The notes under the pieces were generated by a model. The model searched no databases, was not told where the DNA came from, and was given only the letters and a program-made list of their open reading frames with translations. DNA of 64,000 bases from Octopus bimaculoides (lineage: Eukaryota), in contig NC_068981.1 in NCBI RefSeq assembly GCF_001194135.2, positions 72,299,156 through 72,363,155 of the forward strand, given 5' to 3'. The position numbers were made by a program, and so were the translations under genes. Below are positions 12,961-24,747 of the stretch, piece after piece. How positions within the stretch are numbered: the first letter of the stretch is position 1; every line of letters begins with the position of its first letter.

Positions 12961-13586
12961 CAATATATGGGCTCACCATGGCATATCAAAGGTTGTTATT
13001 GTTAATTTCTTTTATCAGATGAAACTGAAAGAGGTGGGAGAATTAAAGTTAAGAGCTATTTCGGCTAATAAAGCTATAACAGAACTTACTCTTTATCCAA
13101 CAGAATATAGAATTTCTTGTACATTATGTATGGTAAAATTATATCATATGTAAGAAAATATGAAGGTTATCTTTTTTTAACTGATCATTTTCATGTATAA
13201 ATAAAACTTTAATATTAATTTGTATATTGTGGTAAGTATTGCAGATCAAACAGTAAGTTACCAGTAACACGTGTTTATAACACAATTTTGATTTGTTGCT
13301 GAAAGCATCTTTTCAGTTGCTCTGCTAATATCCAATGGTAGAGCAACAATTCCGCACTTTCCTTTTCTTCTGAAATTTTAGGCCTTTATGCTTAGAGAAA
13401 ATAAGTAATCATTTGTGTACTGGTAAATTAATCGATTAAGATACAGCTACATTGGCTACTGTTTTTGTCAATCAAGCTATGTCACTCCCAAAGGTAACTA
13501 ATTAGCACAAACTTGTGTTATGCTCCGTTTTATGTTGGTAAAAAAAAGTACTTACGTTTCTTCTTTATATTACTTCCCTTCTCTAG

Positions 13587-13753
13587 TACAACTGAACCGA
13601 AACGTGGCACAGGTAAACTCAGGAAATTTCCAGAAATTTCACCTGTTTATGAGTCCACGAATATTCCTGGAATGTATTTTTCTGGTACAATAACTCATTC
13701 TTTGGATTTCCGCATGAGTGCTGGCGGGTTCATTCATGGTTTCCGTTACACTG
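13587..13753 (+). CDS. FOXRED2: FOXRED2 coding exon
   Basis: CTCTAG|T...ACTG|GTGAG. Encodes [43 protein letters not shown] (human: [20 protein letters not shown]). Confidence 0.95.
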
Positions 13754-15634
13754 GTGAGTTGAATAATTTTTTTTATCGATGAATTTTAGACTCATTTATT
13801 CTACTCAAATATTTGACAATATATTAGCAGACAAATGTCACACGTCTTCATTATCTGCTTGAATTTAATGTAATCAGCAGTATTTATCATAAGGAGATTA
13901 GACTTACTGAAGCTTTGTGATACAAAAAAAAAAAGCAAACAAAACAAACAAAAGATTTTTCCCTGAGGATTCCTGGAGGTTTCATGCGATTCCAAGAATA
14001 AACAAAGCAATGAAGTGAAAGAATCCTTTTCAAGAATAGCATAGAAATTGATACATTTATGTATTTGTTTTGCAAAATTCCTCATGTGAAATCGTGTTAT
14101 TTTGCCAAATAGCAACGCGCAATTATATTCGTTCTTCACTTCAACTTTTTATTGTTCTTATTTTAGTTTTCTTTATCTGAAATCTTTCGTCACACATCCT
14201 GTGACCGCTTCAGTGACTCTCAATCTCAGGTGTCTTCTCCTGTCCTGTTTAGTCCATTCTGTCTTTGCAAAAAAATGGTCTAAACATTGAGGAGGTCACC
14301 GGATGTGCAACGAAAGATTTCAGACAAAGGACACTAAAATAGGAATAATAATAAAGCTGAACTGAAGAACGAATCTATACCACGTGTTGTTATCTGATAA
14401 AAAAAAAAAAATTAAATTGACCATCCCGAAACAGAAGAACGTAGAAATTGAAAATTATACTTAGTCTTTCCATAATGCTGATCATTTGATAAATATAGCC
14501 TGTTTGTTAGCATATGATCAAAATAATTATTGATTTTTTTTCATGACATCTTCATCGTGTGGTAGTTAGATGTATTTACTTTAAAGTAGACCCATTTGGG
14601 GGTCTATTTCTATTGTTGTGACACATGTAAAACCCGACCTCAACTCTTCAAACTAAAAAAAGTTTTGTCTGTATTACAATGCTAATATTTTGGTATTTAG
14701 TGTTTCCTTATCCCTAGTGATTATTTATGGACTACGTTCACTTAAATATCCTGGCCATGAGCTCAAAGCTATGTCAGCGAGATGGTATGAATTATCGGTC
14801 TCTCAGTTAACTACCTTCCACCTATCTACATATGATTAATCTTTTTGAAAACATAGAAGTTGTATCGGTTAGACTTTTGATTTAAAAGCTGAAAGTAATA
14901 AGCAAGACAATTGCATTAAAAAACGACTAACTCTTTAACAAATAACGTTTACCTATATGTATGAGTTTAAATAAAAGAGTAAAGAATGACTTCGCATTTC
15001 TAGCGTGGGCAGTTGGCATTTGAGAGGATTCCAGCTTTAAAACAAAAACAAAAAATAAGCACAATGCAAATATAGATTGTTTAATTTGCAGATACATGCA
15101 ATTAATGCTCAAATGGAAAGCCGTTTAAGAGATAAATTAGAATTGCCATTCCTACTCATTTTGATAATTTTTTTTTTTTGTGTGTGATGATGAGGATGAC
15201 AACGACGATGATGATGATGATGATGACAGTTGTTATTATCTGCATAAAATATGTAGGAGTAGACTGTTGGAAAAGCATAATGCTATATTTTGCCTTCAGA
15301 TTTACAGATTTAAAAAGAAAATACTTTTGTTTAGGATATAGTTAGTCTGTCTTTTAAAAATGTCAGACTTTATTTTTATAGTGTTGAAATATATAATATT
15401 TGTAGTTGTCTGGGGTAGAAGAAAAGTCTGTAGAGAACCCCGACTGTTATTGATATCATATTTGTCATTTTCCTCTACATTTGTAAGATTTCTAACCTAA
15501 GTTCACGGGACATGTAACTTATACAATTTGTCGGTTTATCAATTAGTTTTCGTTTTCATCAGCAAAGACAGTTATATAAAACCTGTTGTATAACCAAGTT
15601 CGTTTACAGAATAATAATAATGATGATAATAATA

Positions 15635-15840
15635 ATAATAATAATCCTTTCTACTATAGATACAAGGCCTGACATTTTTGAGGAGTCGATCAAGTGTTTC
15701 ACTGGCACTTAATTTATCGACTCCGAAAGGATGAAAGGTAAAGTCGACCATGACAGAATTTGAACTCAGAACGTAAAGACAGACGAAATGCTGCTAAGCA
15801 TTTTGCCCGATGTGCTAACAATTTTGCCAGCTCGCCGCCT
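15635..15840 (-). mobile_element. tRNA-derived SINE (type A)
   Basis: Reverse complement of the type A consensus (CCGAAAGGATGAAAGGTAAAGTCGAC...GAATTTGAACTCAGAACG...GCCAGCTCGCCGCCT). Confidence 0.75.
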
Positions 15841-15846
15841 GAAGAA

Positions 15847-15847
<1 letters not shown>

Positions 15848-15910
<63 letters not shown>

Positions 15911-15929
15911 NNNNNNNNNNGAAGAAGAA

Positions 15930-16026
<97 letters not shown>

Positions 16027-16053
16027 TATTATTATTATTATTATTATTATTAT
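15848..16053. repeat. (AAT)n/(ATT)n microsatellite with a 10-N gap
   Basis: Direct reading. It is the source of the poly-I/N/Y ORFs in the track. Confidence 0.95.
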
Positions 16054-16500
16054 TGATACTTCTGGTTGGCAAAGATACTTTGGGGCTTCATAATCTAATG
16101 TGATCTTGGAATCGAATATCGGAAACCTGATAATGTGCTGGTAAACAAGGGAGAACGATGGTGTCTGATCATAGACATCTTGTGTCTTGAAGACAGCAGA
16201 ATCATCGAAAAGAATTTTAAAAAATAACTGATGAGATATGAATGTCTGATGAGAGAAACCAAAAAGCAATGGCCAATGAAGAAGTTGTGCACTGTGCCAA
16301 TAATTGCTGGTGCCTTAGATACAGTCAGCAAAAAATTGAAACGTGGGAATAAAAATTATAGTAGAATACATCCGGAAAACAGTATTACTTGTCAGTGCAA
16401 GTAGTCTTCGAGACTTGAAAAGAGCATATCAGTTTAGTGCACGGGAAGTGAACGGTTGGTACGTTAATGGTGCATCCAACAATAAGCAGAGTATGTCAAA
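16054..16500 (+). mobile_element. 3' fragment of an R4/Dong-like LINE carrying a restriction-like endonuclease (RLE) remnant
   Basis: One frame with stops reads KILWGFII*CDLGIEYRKPDNVLVNKGERWCLIIDI...VPIIAGALDTVSK, resembling the RLE signature KILWDF.IQTD...RRPD......C.IID...VPIVIGALG.V. Flanked by (TAA)n on both sides. Confidence 0.75.
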
Positions 16501-16501
16501 T

Positions 16502-16547
<46 letters not shown>

Positions 16548-16549
<2 letters not shown>

Positions 16550-17093
16550 GCCCTGATGCAGTACTAGGCAGTGGCTCTTATGGTTTTTGATCTTAACTGG
16601 AAATGTTATGATGTACATTGTTTTGTCTAGGTATAAAAGATGGACTACAGTAAATATTCTGCTCAATACCACAGAATTGCTTGTCAGTTGTTTGACCTTA
16701 ACCAGTTGAACATGTCCCTTAGTGGCTGACGATATGTGCATCTCTGATCACAAGCAGAAGTAGTGGGGGAGCATCATAGCCATGTGTTGAAAGGAATTCT
16801 TTGAGGTTTGAATAATTTACCTCAGGAAACTTGGGTGTTTTGTTCATCATCCTTAAACAAACTTTGTTCAGGGACCTCGTGAGCGGGATGAGCTACTCGC
16901 CCTGAAGAAAATTCTAACTGGGCCCCACTTGCAAATTCATGTGCTGCTTATCTTGATATTAGATCATCATGTCACGTACATATGGTTGTGATGCATGTGC
17001 CTGGTATACCCTTATTAGACGGGTAGTCATGATGGGTATATTGGGCTTCGTATATTTTACCCATGTCACTTTGATTGCATGCACTGCTCTCTC
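16548..17093. mobile_element. Non-coding interspersed element of about 545 bp bounded by (TAA)n tracts
   Basis: A higher-GC, non-coding block lies exactly between (TAA)n at 16503-16547 and (AAT)n at 17094-17131. Repeat status is inferred, since no second copy is in the window. Confidence 0.45.
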
Positions 17094-17134
<41 letters not shown>

Positions 17135-18804
17135 TAGCAACAACAATTGCTTGGCAGGTAGTTATCTGGTCGATATCAAATGGAGAATAAAAGTAATAAT
17201 GGTAACTGAATTATGACTAACAATATAAATACCTTGCCATTCGGCTCAGGGATTTAAAAAAATGAATGCATTTGATCTGATGAATAAAAGTATGAAAAAT
17301 CAGAACCATAGTAACGATTAAAGTGACATTTGATAAAAATAAATACTTCCTGAACAAAGGTCAGACTTTCAACCTCAAGTCACCCTTATGAAACGAAAAC
17401 AACATAAATGAGCCCTAGCGACTTTGTGTGTGGGTGGGTGTGTTCTTCATCCATTGTGTATTTTACAGCGACACTCTATCACACACACACACGCACGCAC
17501 ATACACACACAGTCCATAAAACTGTATATGTAATGTTTGAAAACAAAGATCACCACAAGATATAGTGAATTTAAATGTGAACAAATTATTTAACGTAAGC
17601 GTATACATAATTAAAGAAATGGAAAAAAAAAACACTTAAAGAAATGACAAGAAATACAAAACGTAAAGTGAAAATACTTTAAAAAATGAACAAAAACAAA
17701 AAGTAAATAACCAAACTGCAATCACCGAAGTTACAAATAAGTAATTACATACGACTAAAATAATAATAAAAAAAAAGCAAAGGAGAAAGGATGCGCCAAA
17801 GAAGTTCCGAACGTAAACAAGAGAAACACCAAAACACATCAAAATCGATAACGCGCACGAAAAAAGAAAAAAAGTCACGATATTAACAAAAATACATAAA
17901 TTCAACAAAATATAAGATAAAAAGAGAAGAAATAATAGGAGAATTAAAGATAGAATACTTAGCAAGGATGAACGGAAGATAAAATCTAGTGACTATGATA
18001 TTACCAAACTATTAACAAACTATATCTAGACATTCTGGAAACATTTGTATCATAAAAGTTGGAGCAATTGACTTATGAAGCAGCAGTAGAAACTACAAAG
18101 AAACATGAATGCAACCTCAAAAACTTTCATGAAAGAATACGCAAATCCACACAAACATCACAAGAAAAGAAACATACATTAGAAAAATAAGGAAAATGTT
18201 AATCTTTAATGAAATGAAAAATGAACATGTACTAGTTGAAAAGAAGGAATTTACGATACCAGTTAACAAAGAAAGAAATCTTAGAACTTCGAGAACCATA
18301 TAATCTTCAAAAATCGCAAAATCAAAAACTAAATAAATAAATAAATAAAACAAAAAAAATGTGAGGAGTGACAACAGTAATTAACTGGTATTTATTTTAT
18401 TGATCCCTAAAGAATGATAGGTATAGTCTATTTTGGAGGAATTTGGAACCACAATGTAAAGCATTTTGTTATCTTATTTATTCCACAAACATTGCTTTCT
18501 GATGTTTCTTAACAATACTGCACAACAAACAAGACGAAACACTAAAGTAATATCAGAAACTACAAAATAACAGTGAAACATAGCAAAAATAAAGATCTAA
18601 CATCGGAATACAAAGTGCAAGGTCACAAATCTAGTAGAAAGTATTACAAATTAAATTTCTCCAGTATTTGTCTGGTTCTAATTTTATCTACTGAAGAATG
18701 ATATAAGACAGATTTAGCTAAGGTGGATTTTGAACTCAGAACGTAAAGAAATATAAATGAATACAATTAAATGAATATATACAGAAATATAAATGAATAT
18801 TATT

Positions 18805-19117
18805 ATTAAAAGAAGAGTGCCATTGTTATCTAGTGAACGATATTTCGACATCTTGTGTGTGTTCAACTGGTTCAAAAGATAAATTTGTCAATTTACTTCA
18901 TTTTGGTTAATATATAAAGGTTTCTTTTAATTTTGACTCTATATTTTCAGGAGGAGTTACCTCAATTTTTTCTACATTAACCAAAATGAAGTAGATTGAC
19001 AAATTCATTTTTTGAACCAGTTGAAGACACACAAGATGTCGAAATATCGTTCACTAGATAACAATGGCACTCTTCTTTTAATTTTGACTCTATATCTTCA
19101 GGAGGAGTTACCTCAAT
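18805..19117. repeat. 107-bp inverted repeat with an overlapping 45-bp direct repeat
   Basis: 18805-18911 is the near-perfect reverse complement of 18976-19082. 18922-18966 is repeated at 19073-19117 with 1 mismatch. Confidence 0.9.
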
Positions 19118-19123
19118 CCTTTA

Positions 19124-19155
<32 letters not shown>

Positions 19156-19798
19156 GTTAGTCTTAGATTTATTGTGCGCTTTCACTGCATTACCGAGCGT
19201 AGCTCTGTGTGCCTTTGATATATGCAATATTCTGTTTTGATTTTGTAGTTTCTATTGTATTTCATGTAATTTAAATATATATTCAATAACTTGTATTGTT
19301 ATTTTCCGCATGGAGTGTTTGTTTGTCAGTCGGGCATAAAAGTATGAATTTGCGTGTATTTTGATACTTCTCAAGGTACCTATTAAAATAAAGATTGTTT
19401 AGCCTCCACATCCATGCAATACTTGTTTTAAAATCTTTATATTTTGATAACTTCTCCATTCCTTTGAAAAATACATTATCCTTTTCGGGTGTTGATGTTT
19501 CTATGGGAAGCACATCCTTTCCTCACAATTTTGTTTGTATTGCCATAGATTGTGGTCGCTTTATCATTGCGTCAGACTTTGTGTGGCATATGCGTACATT
19601 ACCTCTTTCTGTTGGTGTTTCATAATATTGACAATGTGCAAGCCCAACACTGTCCAATTTGTAGATGTTCTCTTTTTTGGTTTTGACTGGGCAATCAGAA
19701 ATAACGTACTTAAGAGCGCTGTAGCTCGCTTGAAGCGTTGTAGTACAGAAGTAGAAGAAGAAAAAGGAAATAAAGAATGATTCTAACACCGTAGTGTT

Positions 19799-20180
19799 AA
19801 AGATAGTCACCTCGGAGAGGAACACAGGAAATCTTTGTATCAAAGAAGTAATGTTGACCCATCGCCTCAACCCGAAAATCAATAGTTGATCGGAGATGGA
19901 CCGGTGGCACCAAGAATACAACATGGTGACTACGACCAACATCATAACATACACCACCAACACTACCCCTCACCGACATCACGTGAAAATACGTTTCAAC
20001 GACTAACAATTGGAAAGTTGATAATGCTGCTTACCCAAACGCCGAGCAGTTTAAAATAAAAACCGAAATCGATGTAAGCACACATTTCTTAGACTGCTTC
20101 CTTCTGAAGATAGGCCTTTGCGCCCGAAATACAAAGATTTAAAAAAAATTTCTGTAATGTTAGAAGCTGTCTTTAATTCC
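19799..20180 (+). mobile_element. Penelope-like element remnant: GIY-YIG endonuclease C-terminus plus a terminal repeat with a degenerate hammerhead-like motif
   Basis: KIVTSERNTGNLCIKEVMLTHRLNPKINS* resembles the PLE C-terminus (IL..E......IKEA..I....P.LN). Downstream lies CTGAAGA(20104-20110)-GGC/GCC stem-GAAA(20126-20129). Confidence 0.5.
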
Positions 20181-21099
20181 CCTTTCTGTTTTTTTAAATA
20201 ATGTACTTAATTGTTTCTTTCTCGCCTTCACATATTCTACAGTTTATTGAAATGACTCTGCTCCATTACAAGTTGTTTGTTGTTTCTTGCGGGAAAGCTT
20301 TGATCTTGTGCCACAATCAAAAACCCTTCAATATCAGTTTTGAGGCTTGGATCTCTCAATCTCAGCAGTTTCCACCCTGTGCAGTGTTTTGTCACATATT
20401 GGCCATGTAGGGTCTTTTGTCCCATTTTTATCTTATATTTTTGCCTTTCGCACTTTCTGTTAATATTTCTCCTTTTTCATCATACCAATCTAAACATTTG
20501 AACCTCTGCTTTGTACCTGTTGGTTTCTTGGAAGACAGAAGATAGCTTGTATTTTAAAATTTTGTCCATTTTATCGTTATTTGCATTAGATCTTAATTTT
20601 TCTTTTTTGTAATCTGGTGGTTGATATTTTATAATAGTTTCCGTGGTAAATATAATATTGCTGTTAGATTTTAAAGGAAAAACATGCTTTGTAGTCATTA
20701 ATGTGTGTGTGTGTGTTGCATGTGTGATGTGCAAGCGTATGTGGAATGTGTGTGGAATGTTGACTGCAATATGCTGACAAGACTGGCTAATGAAGGTAAC
20801 TGAATCAAGCAATGTAAGGAAAGAAACAGTGAAATTATTCGATCGTGGAATTCAAAATGACAAATATGTTTATCGGCTCGCTCCGATTGTTAATAGCTGT
20901 TTACTGGATTAGCTTTCACTCACTGTCCTTTAACAGACATCTACTTCCACACTATCCTTTACCATGGAAGTAAATAAATACACATAACTAATTGTTATAA
21001 TATGTGGACTGGTGTATTCGTGTTGTAAAAATGATGACAGTCTCATTAATTATAGAGACTTGTGCTCTGTTCAAAATGACGTGTGAAACCACTGGTAGA

Positions 21100-21430
21100 T
21101 TTGTTACCTAAAGACTTTGTATTTAGCAGTAAAGTATTACATTTCGATCCTAGTTAAAAGACCGGAACCAATAATTCGTAAATGGGATGATGCTTGTCGC
21201 TCAACGAAAATGTGTTATGGCGATGGTCCAGTGAACGGTTGATATTTTTTGAGAATGCGTTTACCATCCATTTACTGTCCTTAGTCTTAAGTATTGATGT
21301 GCTCGAAGACATCGAGAATGTAATCAACAATAACCGTTGTAAAATAACATGATACACCAGCAAATGAAGTAATGCGTAACATTTTCCCGAAAGGTTAGTT
21401 TTGAGCTCATGCGACATCAGTTATTTGGTG
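21100..21430 (-). mobile_element. Possible second, very decayed Penelope-like GIY-YIG remnant
   Basis: Broken minus-strand frames give ENVTHYFICWC..., IIPF... and TRIEM*YFTAKYK. Weak resemblance only. Confidence 0.25.
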
Positions 21431-21523
21431 TAACCGCTAACAAGGCATTTGGCAATATTTCTACTTGTAAGGGCGGCGAACTGACAGAACCGTTAGCTCG
21501 CCGGGCGAACTGCTTCGCGGTAT

Positions 21524-23077
21524 AACGGCTCTGTGAATTATTGTGAATACTGTTGTGTTACTTTGTGAAAACTGTCTCGGTAAATAATTGTGATTTTTGT
21601 GGAATTATTACGGTTGCATTTAACGTGAGCTGCTGCATTTCCCCAGCTATGGCAAGTGGTAGTGTCTCCAGTATGGAGAGCTACGCCAAGGCCACTGTGG
21701 TGAGGAAGCCAGTGCCGCTAGAAACCAAGTTAATCAAGTTGGATATGGAGGAGGTGACCAAAAGCAGGAATTTGATAGAAGTTGAGGGAGACTCATACAA
21801 ATTGTGTCACCCAAAAGTGACTAAAGAAAATAAAATTCTGAGGACAGTAGTGTATGGTACACAGGCTGTCGAAACCTGTAAAATTGAAATGGTGACGGAA
21901 GAGGAAATCGAGGAGTGCCTGGATGAAATTGTCAATGAAGCCACGTACATCAACAAAGGAAGAAAGTTCGGTACAGTTGAGATGAGGTTCGCCACTATCG
22001 AAGAGGCAACCAAGCATGCAACCAACATATTAAGAAGTGAAAAAATAGCATTACTACCAAGTTATAGAGGAAGAAGTGTGAAAATACGTATTCCCAGAGT
22101 TACACCAGATATTAAACCAGAGTGGTTGGTTGCAACAGTGCTGGCTGCAACCAAGGAGGAGCCGGAATTGGGACAAGTGGCGAAATCAAAAGTGTGGAAA
22201 TGGTGGAGATTTGGACTCGAAGTGTGGCTTTTTGCCACATTCGAGGACATAGAAAGAATTCCCTACCAGATAGAAGTGGAAGACGAGAAAACGTTAAATG
22301 TCGTAGTCGAGGGAAGAAAACCAAATTGTTATATATGCGGGGAGAGAGGTCATATGAAGACCAAATGCCCCCTATATGAGTTAACACAGCCACAGCAAAA
22401 GAAAGCACAAACAGAGGAGGAAAGAATTGTAGACCACACTGAGGAAATAAAAGAGAGACAGAAGTATGAAACAGAGAAAACAAAGGAGAAGAACGAAAAT
22501 GGAGCTACTAACCCTAAAAAGCGAAGGAAAAATAAGTCAAAGGAACGGTCAACAGAAAACAAAAAAGAGATTAAAAAAAGCCAGAAACTAATAATGTNNN
22601 NNNNNNNNNNNNNNNNNNNNNNNNNNNNNNNNNNNNNNNNNNNNNNNNNNNNNNNNNNNNNNNNNNNNNNNNNNNNNNNNNNNNNNNNNNNNNNNNNNNN
22701 NNNNNNNNNNNNNNNNNNNNNNNNNNNNNNNNNNNNNNNNNNNNNNNNNNNNNNNNNNNNNNNNNNNNNNNNNNNNNNNNNNNNNNNNNNNGACGTAACA
22801 ATGATTAATGGAAGAAAGGTAACGCGAGTGTTTGAATTTTTTTAGTTAGAAAACCGTTAAAATGTTTACATGACGTTGAACGTAAAAGTGAAAAACTGGA
22901 TAAATGTAACCACCTGACTTCGGGGATCGAGTGGACATTGCGCCTCATTTTTTTCATTCTTGCATATTATCATTTTATTGTAATTACCCCGATTTTATGT
23001 TTGCGTTTTGTACTGTCTTTATGTTTTGTGATGTCTTAAAAATTCTTTGTATAGCCTTTTATGGGTAATAAAGAAAT
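21524..23077 (+). mobile_element. Element E1: ORF1-only (HAL1-like, L1/Tx1-type) non-LTR element inserted in a SINE
   Basis: CGGTAT at both ends (21518-21523 and 23078-23083), one intronless ORF, T-rich 3' UTR ending AATAAAGAAAT. No LTR and no RT visible, but there is a 194-N gap at 22598-22791. Confidence 0.75.
21649..22845 (+). CDS. ORF1/Gag-like nucleic-acid-binding protein of E1 (RRM-like segment, CCHC zinc knuckle, K/E-rich region)
   Basis: 316 open codons from ATG 21649 to the gap. Knuckle CYICGERGHMKTKC (CX2CX4HX4C) at 22327-22368. GTVEMRFATIEEA is RRM-like. The frame after the gap is uncertain. Confidence 0.75.
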   Translation: MASGSVSSMESYAKATVVRKPVPLETKLIKLDMEEVTKSRNLIEVEGDSYKLCHPKVTKENKILRTVVYGTQAVETCKIEMVTEEEIEECLDEIVNEATYINKGRKFGTVEMRFATIEEATKHATNILRSEKIALLPSYRGRSVKIRIPRVTPDIKPEWLVATVLAATKEEPELGQVAKSKVWKWWRFGLEVWLFATFEDIERIPYQIEVEDEKTLNVVVEGRKPNCYICGERGHMKTKCPLYELTQPQQKKAQTEEERIVDHTEEIKERQKYETEKTKEKNENGATNPKKRRKNKSKERSTENKKEIKKSQKLIMXXXXXXXXXXXXXXXXXXXXXXXXXXXXXXXXXXXXXXXXXXXXXXXXXXXXXXXXXXXXXXXXXDVTMINGRKVTRVFEFF

Positions 23078-23090
23078 CGGTATTTCGTCT

Positions 23091-24747
23091 CTGTGAAGTT
23101 ATTGCATGAGTCTATGTTGAAGTGTTTATCGAATTGTTGCCATTGTTATTGATTTGAATTGTTGCTAAAGTTGTTAATTCGTTAATTGTTGTTTTGTTTT
23201 CCATTGTGGAAAATGGAGAAGGTGCCGGAGGCAGGCCCATGTTATGCGGCCGCAACGAGCAAAGGAGTAGACGTGTAAGAGTTGGAGGTTTGCGAAATAA
23301 AAGTGGAGCCTAGAAAGATGAAGGAGAGTGAAAAACTAATCACTAAGGAAGGTAGTATTCTGAAGCTAACGCCACCTGAAGATTTATCGGCTAACGTGTT
23401 AAAAAGAACGGTAACATTTAAAACCATGAAGGTAGCCACAAGAAAAATAATGATTGCGCCGATAGAGGAATGTATAAAGGAATGGAAAAGATTTACAACA
23501 TACGTTACGAGAGGGAGGAGATACGCCACTGTTGAGGTGCGCTTGAGGAGGAAGCAATAAAGTACTCCAGAGGCAAAAAGGACAGAGGAATGGGTGCTCT
23601 TGCCTTCGTACTGCTAAACGTGTGGCCAAGGTACGAGTGGTTAAGGTGCCACCTGAAGTGAAAGAAGAATGGCTGATGACAGCCATAACGTATAATATGA
23701 AAGACGGGAAGATTCTGAAGGCTACAAGGACCCTGAAGGTGAACTACTGAGGATATGGTATCGAATTAACGATTCAGGCAACAACGGAGGACTTGAATAG
23801 TGTGGTGGACGGGATTGTGCTGCCAGAAGATGTGAAGCTGAGAGTTATTGTGGAGGGTAGGCCGCCAGTGTGTTTCACATGTGGAGAAAGGGGCCACATG
23901 AAGGCATGGTGCACCCAAAGAAAGCCACAAACAGAACAGGAGGAGAGACATGAGAGTGTGGACCAAGTAGTACAAGACAAGGCAACAGAGAACGGTTAAA
24001 GAGAAAAGAAGGAGGAGCGGAGGATTGAGTTCTCCGCCAGAGAAGCAGAAAAAGAAGAGAAGATGTGAGAAAAGAAAATTTGAAGGAGGGAAGTAGGAAG
24101 GAAAAAGAAAGTAAAAAGAAAGTAGAGTTACCAGTGGAGAAAGTGTCGGAAACCCAGCTGCATGAAGGTGAGATGGAGAGACTATTTATGGAGGAAGAAA
24201 AGAGAGAACCAAAAGTGCAAGACAAATGAAAGAAGATACGAGGAGGAGGAGATGGAGTGTGGTATTATGTGACGTACCAAAAAAATGTTGAAACGGAGAA
24301 AAAGATAATCAAGTTTCATTCAATAGTAAGAGTGAAGGTGCCTTCATACGTCTACACAGAGAACATGAAGGCAATATTGATTGAAGAGGAGAGCTACAGA
24401 AGGTTGAAGGAGATGTGTGGAGATAGCATTGACCCGCAGGGAGTGGAGGTGGAGTTTGAAGAGTTGCCGCCGGTGGTGGATTTGAGAGACGTCGAACCAC
24501 TGATCAAGTTCTACTAAAGACAAAAAAAAAGTATGAAATTAAAGGGAAAAAAAAGAACAATTGTAAATAGTACATATAACGGTTCAAATGGTACTGTATG
24601 GGGTGGGGCCCATGCGTCCATTTTCCTTTTTTCATTTTTACATAACTTTCATTTACATTCGTTTTATGTTTTTTGTCTCCACTGTGGTCTTGTCTGTCCT
24701 TGTGGTTACCCCGTCTATGTTTAGGGCTTTATGCCTAATAAAGAAAT
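23091..24747 (+). mobile_element. Element E2: diverged relative of E1, ORF1-only, inserted directly 3' of E1 with a 13-bp TSD
   Basis: CGGTATTTCGTCT at 23078-23090 and 24748-24760. Gap-free, 1657 bp, no RT or endonuclease, ends AATAAAGAAAT. Confidence 0.8.
23213..24517 (+). pseudogene. Disrupted ORF1/Gag-like gene of E2
   Basis: ATG 23213, premature TAA at 23276-23278 and several frameshifts. Pieces are homologous to E1: TTYVTRGRRYATVEVR vs ATYINKGRKFGTVEMR, and VIVEGRPPVCFTCGERGHMKAWC vs VVVEGRKPNCYICGERGHMKTKC. Confidence 0.8.

Noticed and set aside
16246-16260. CTGATGAGAGAAAC as a hammerhead core
   Set aside because: It lies inside the RLE coding remnant and has no supporting stems.
15766-16269. 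Poly-I/N/Y ORFs
   Set aside because: These are translations of the (AAT)n microsatellite.
17636-18374. Hydrophobic membrane-protein-like ORFs on minus
   Set aside because: They are the antisense of an A-rich strand, probably a decayed retroelement. The F/L/I richness is compositional.
21649-22845. E1 ORF as a host zinc-knuckle gene or as an LTR-retrotransposon gag
   Set aside because: It is intronless, splits a SINE, has a TSD, an AATAAA-type 3' end, a decayed paralogue and a deleted copy. No LTRs, PBS, protease or integrase are present.
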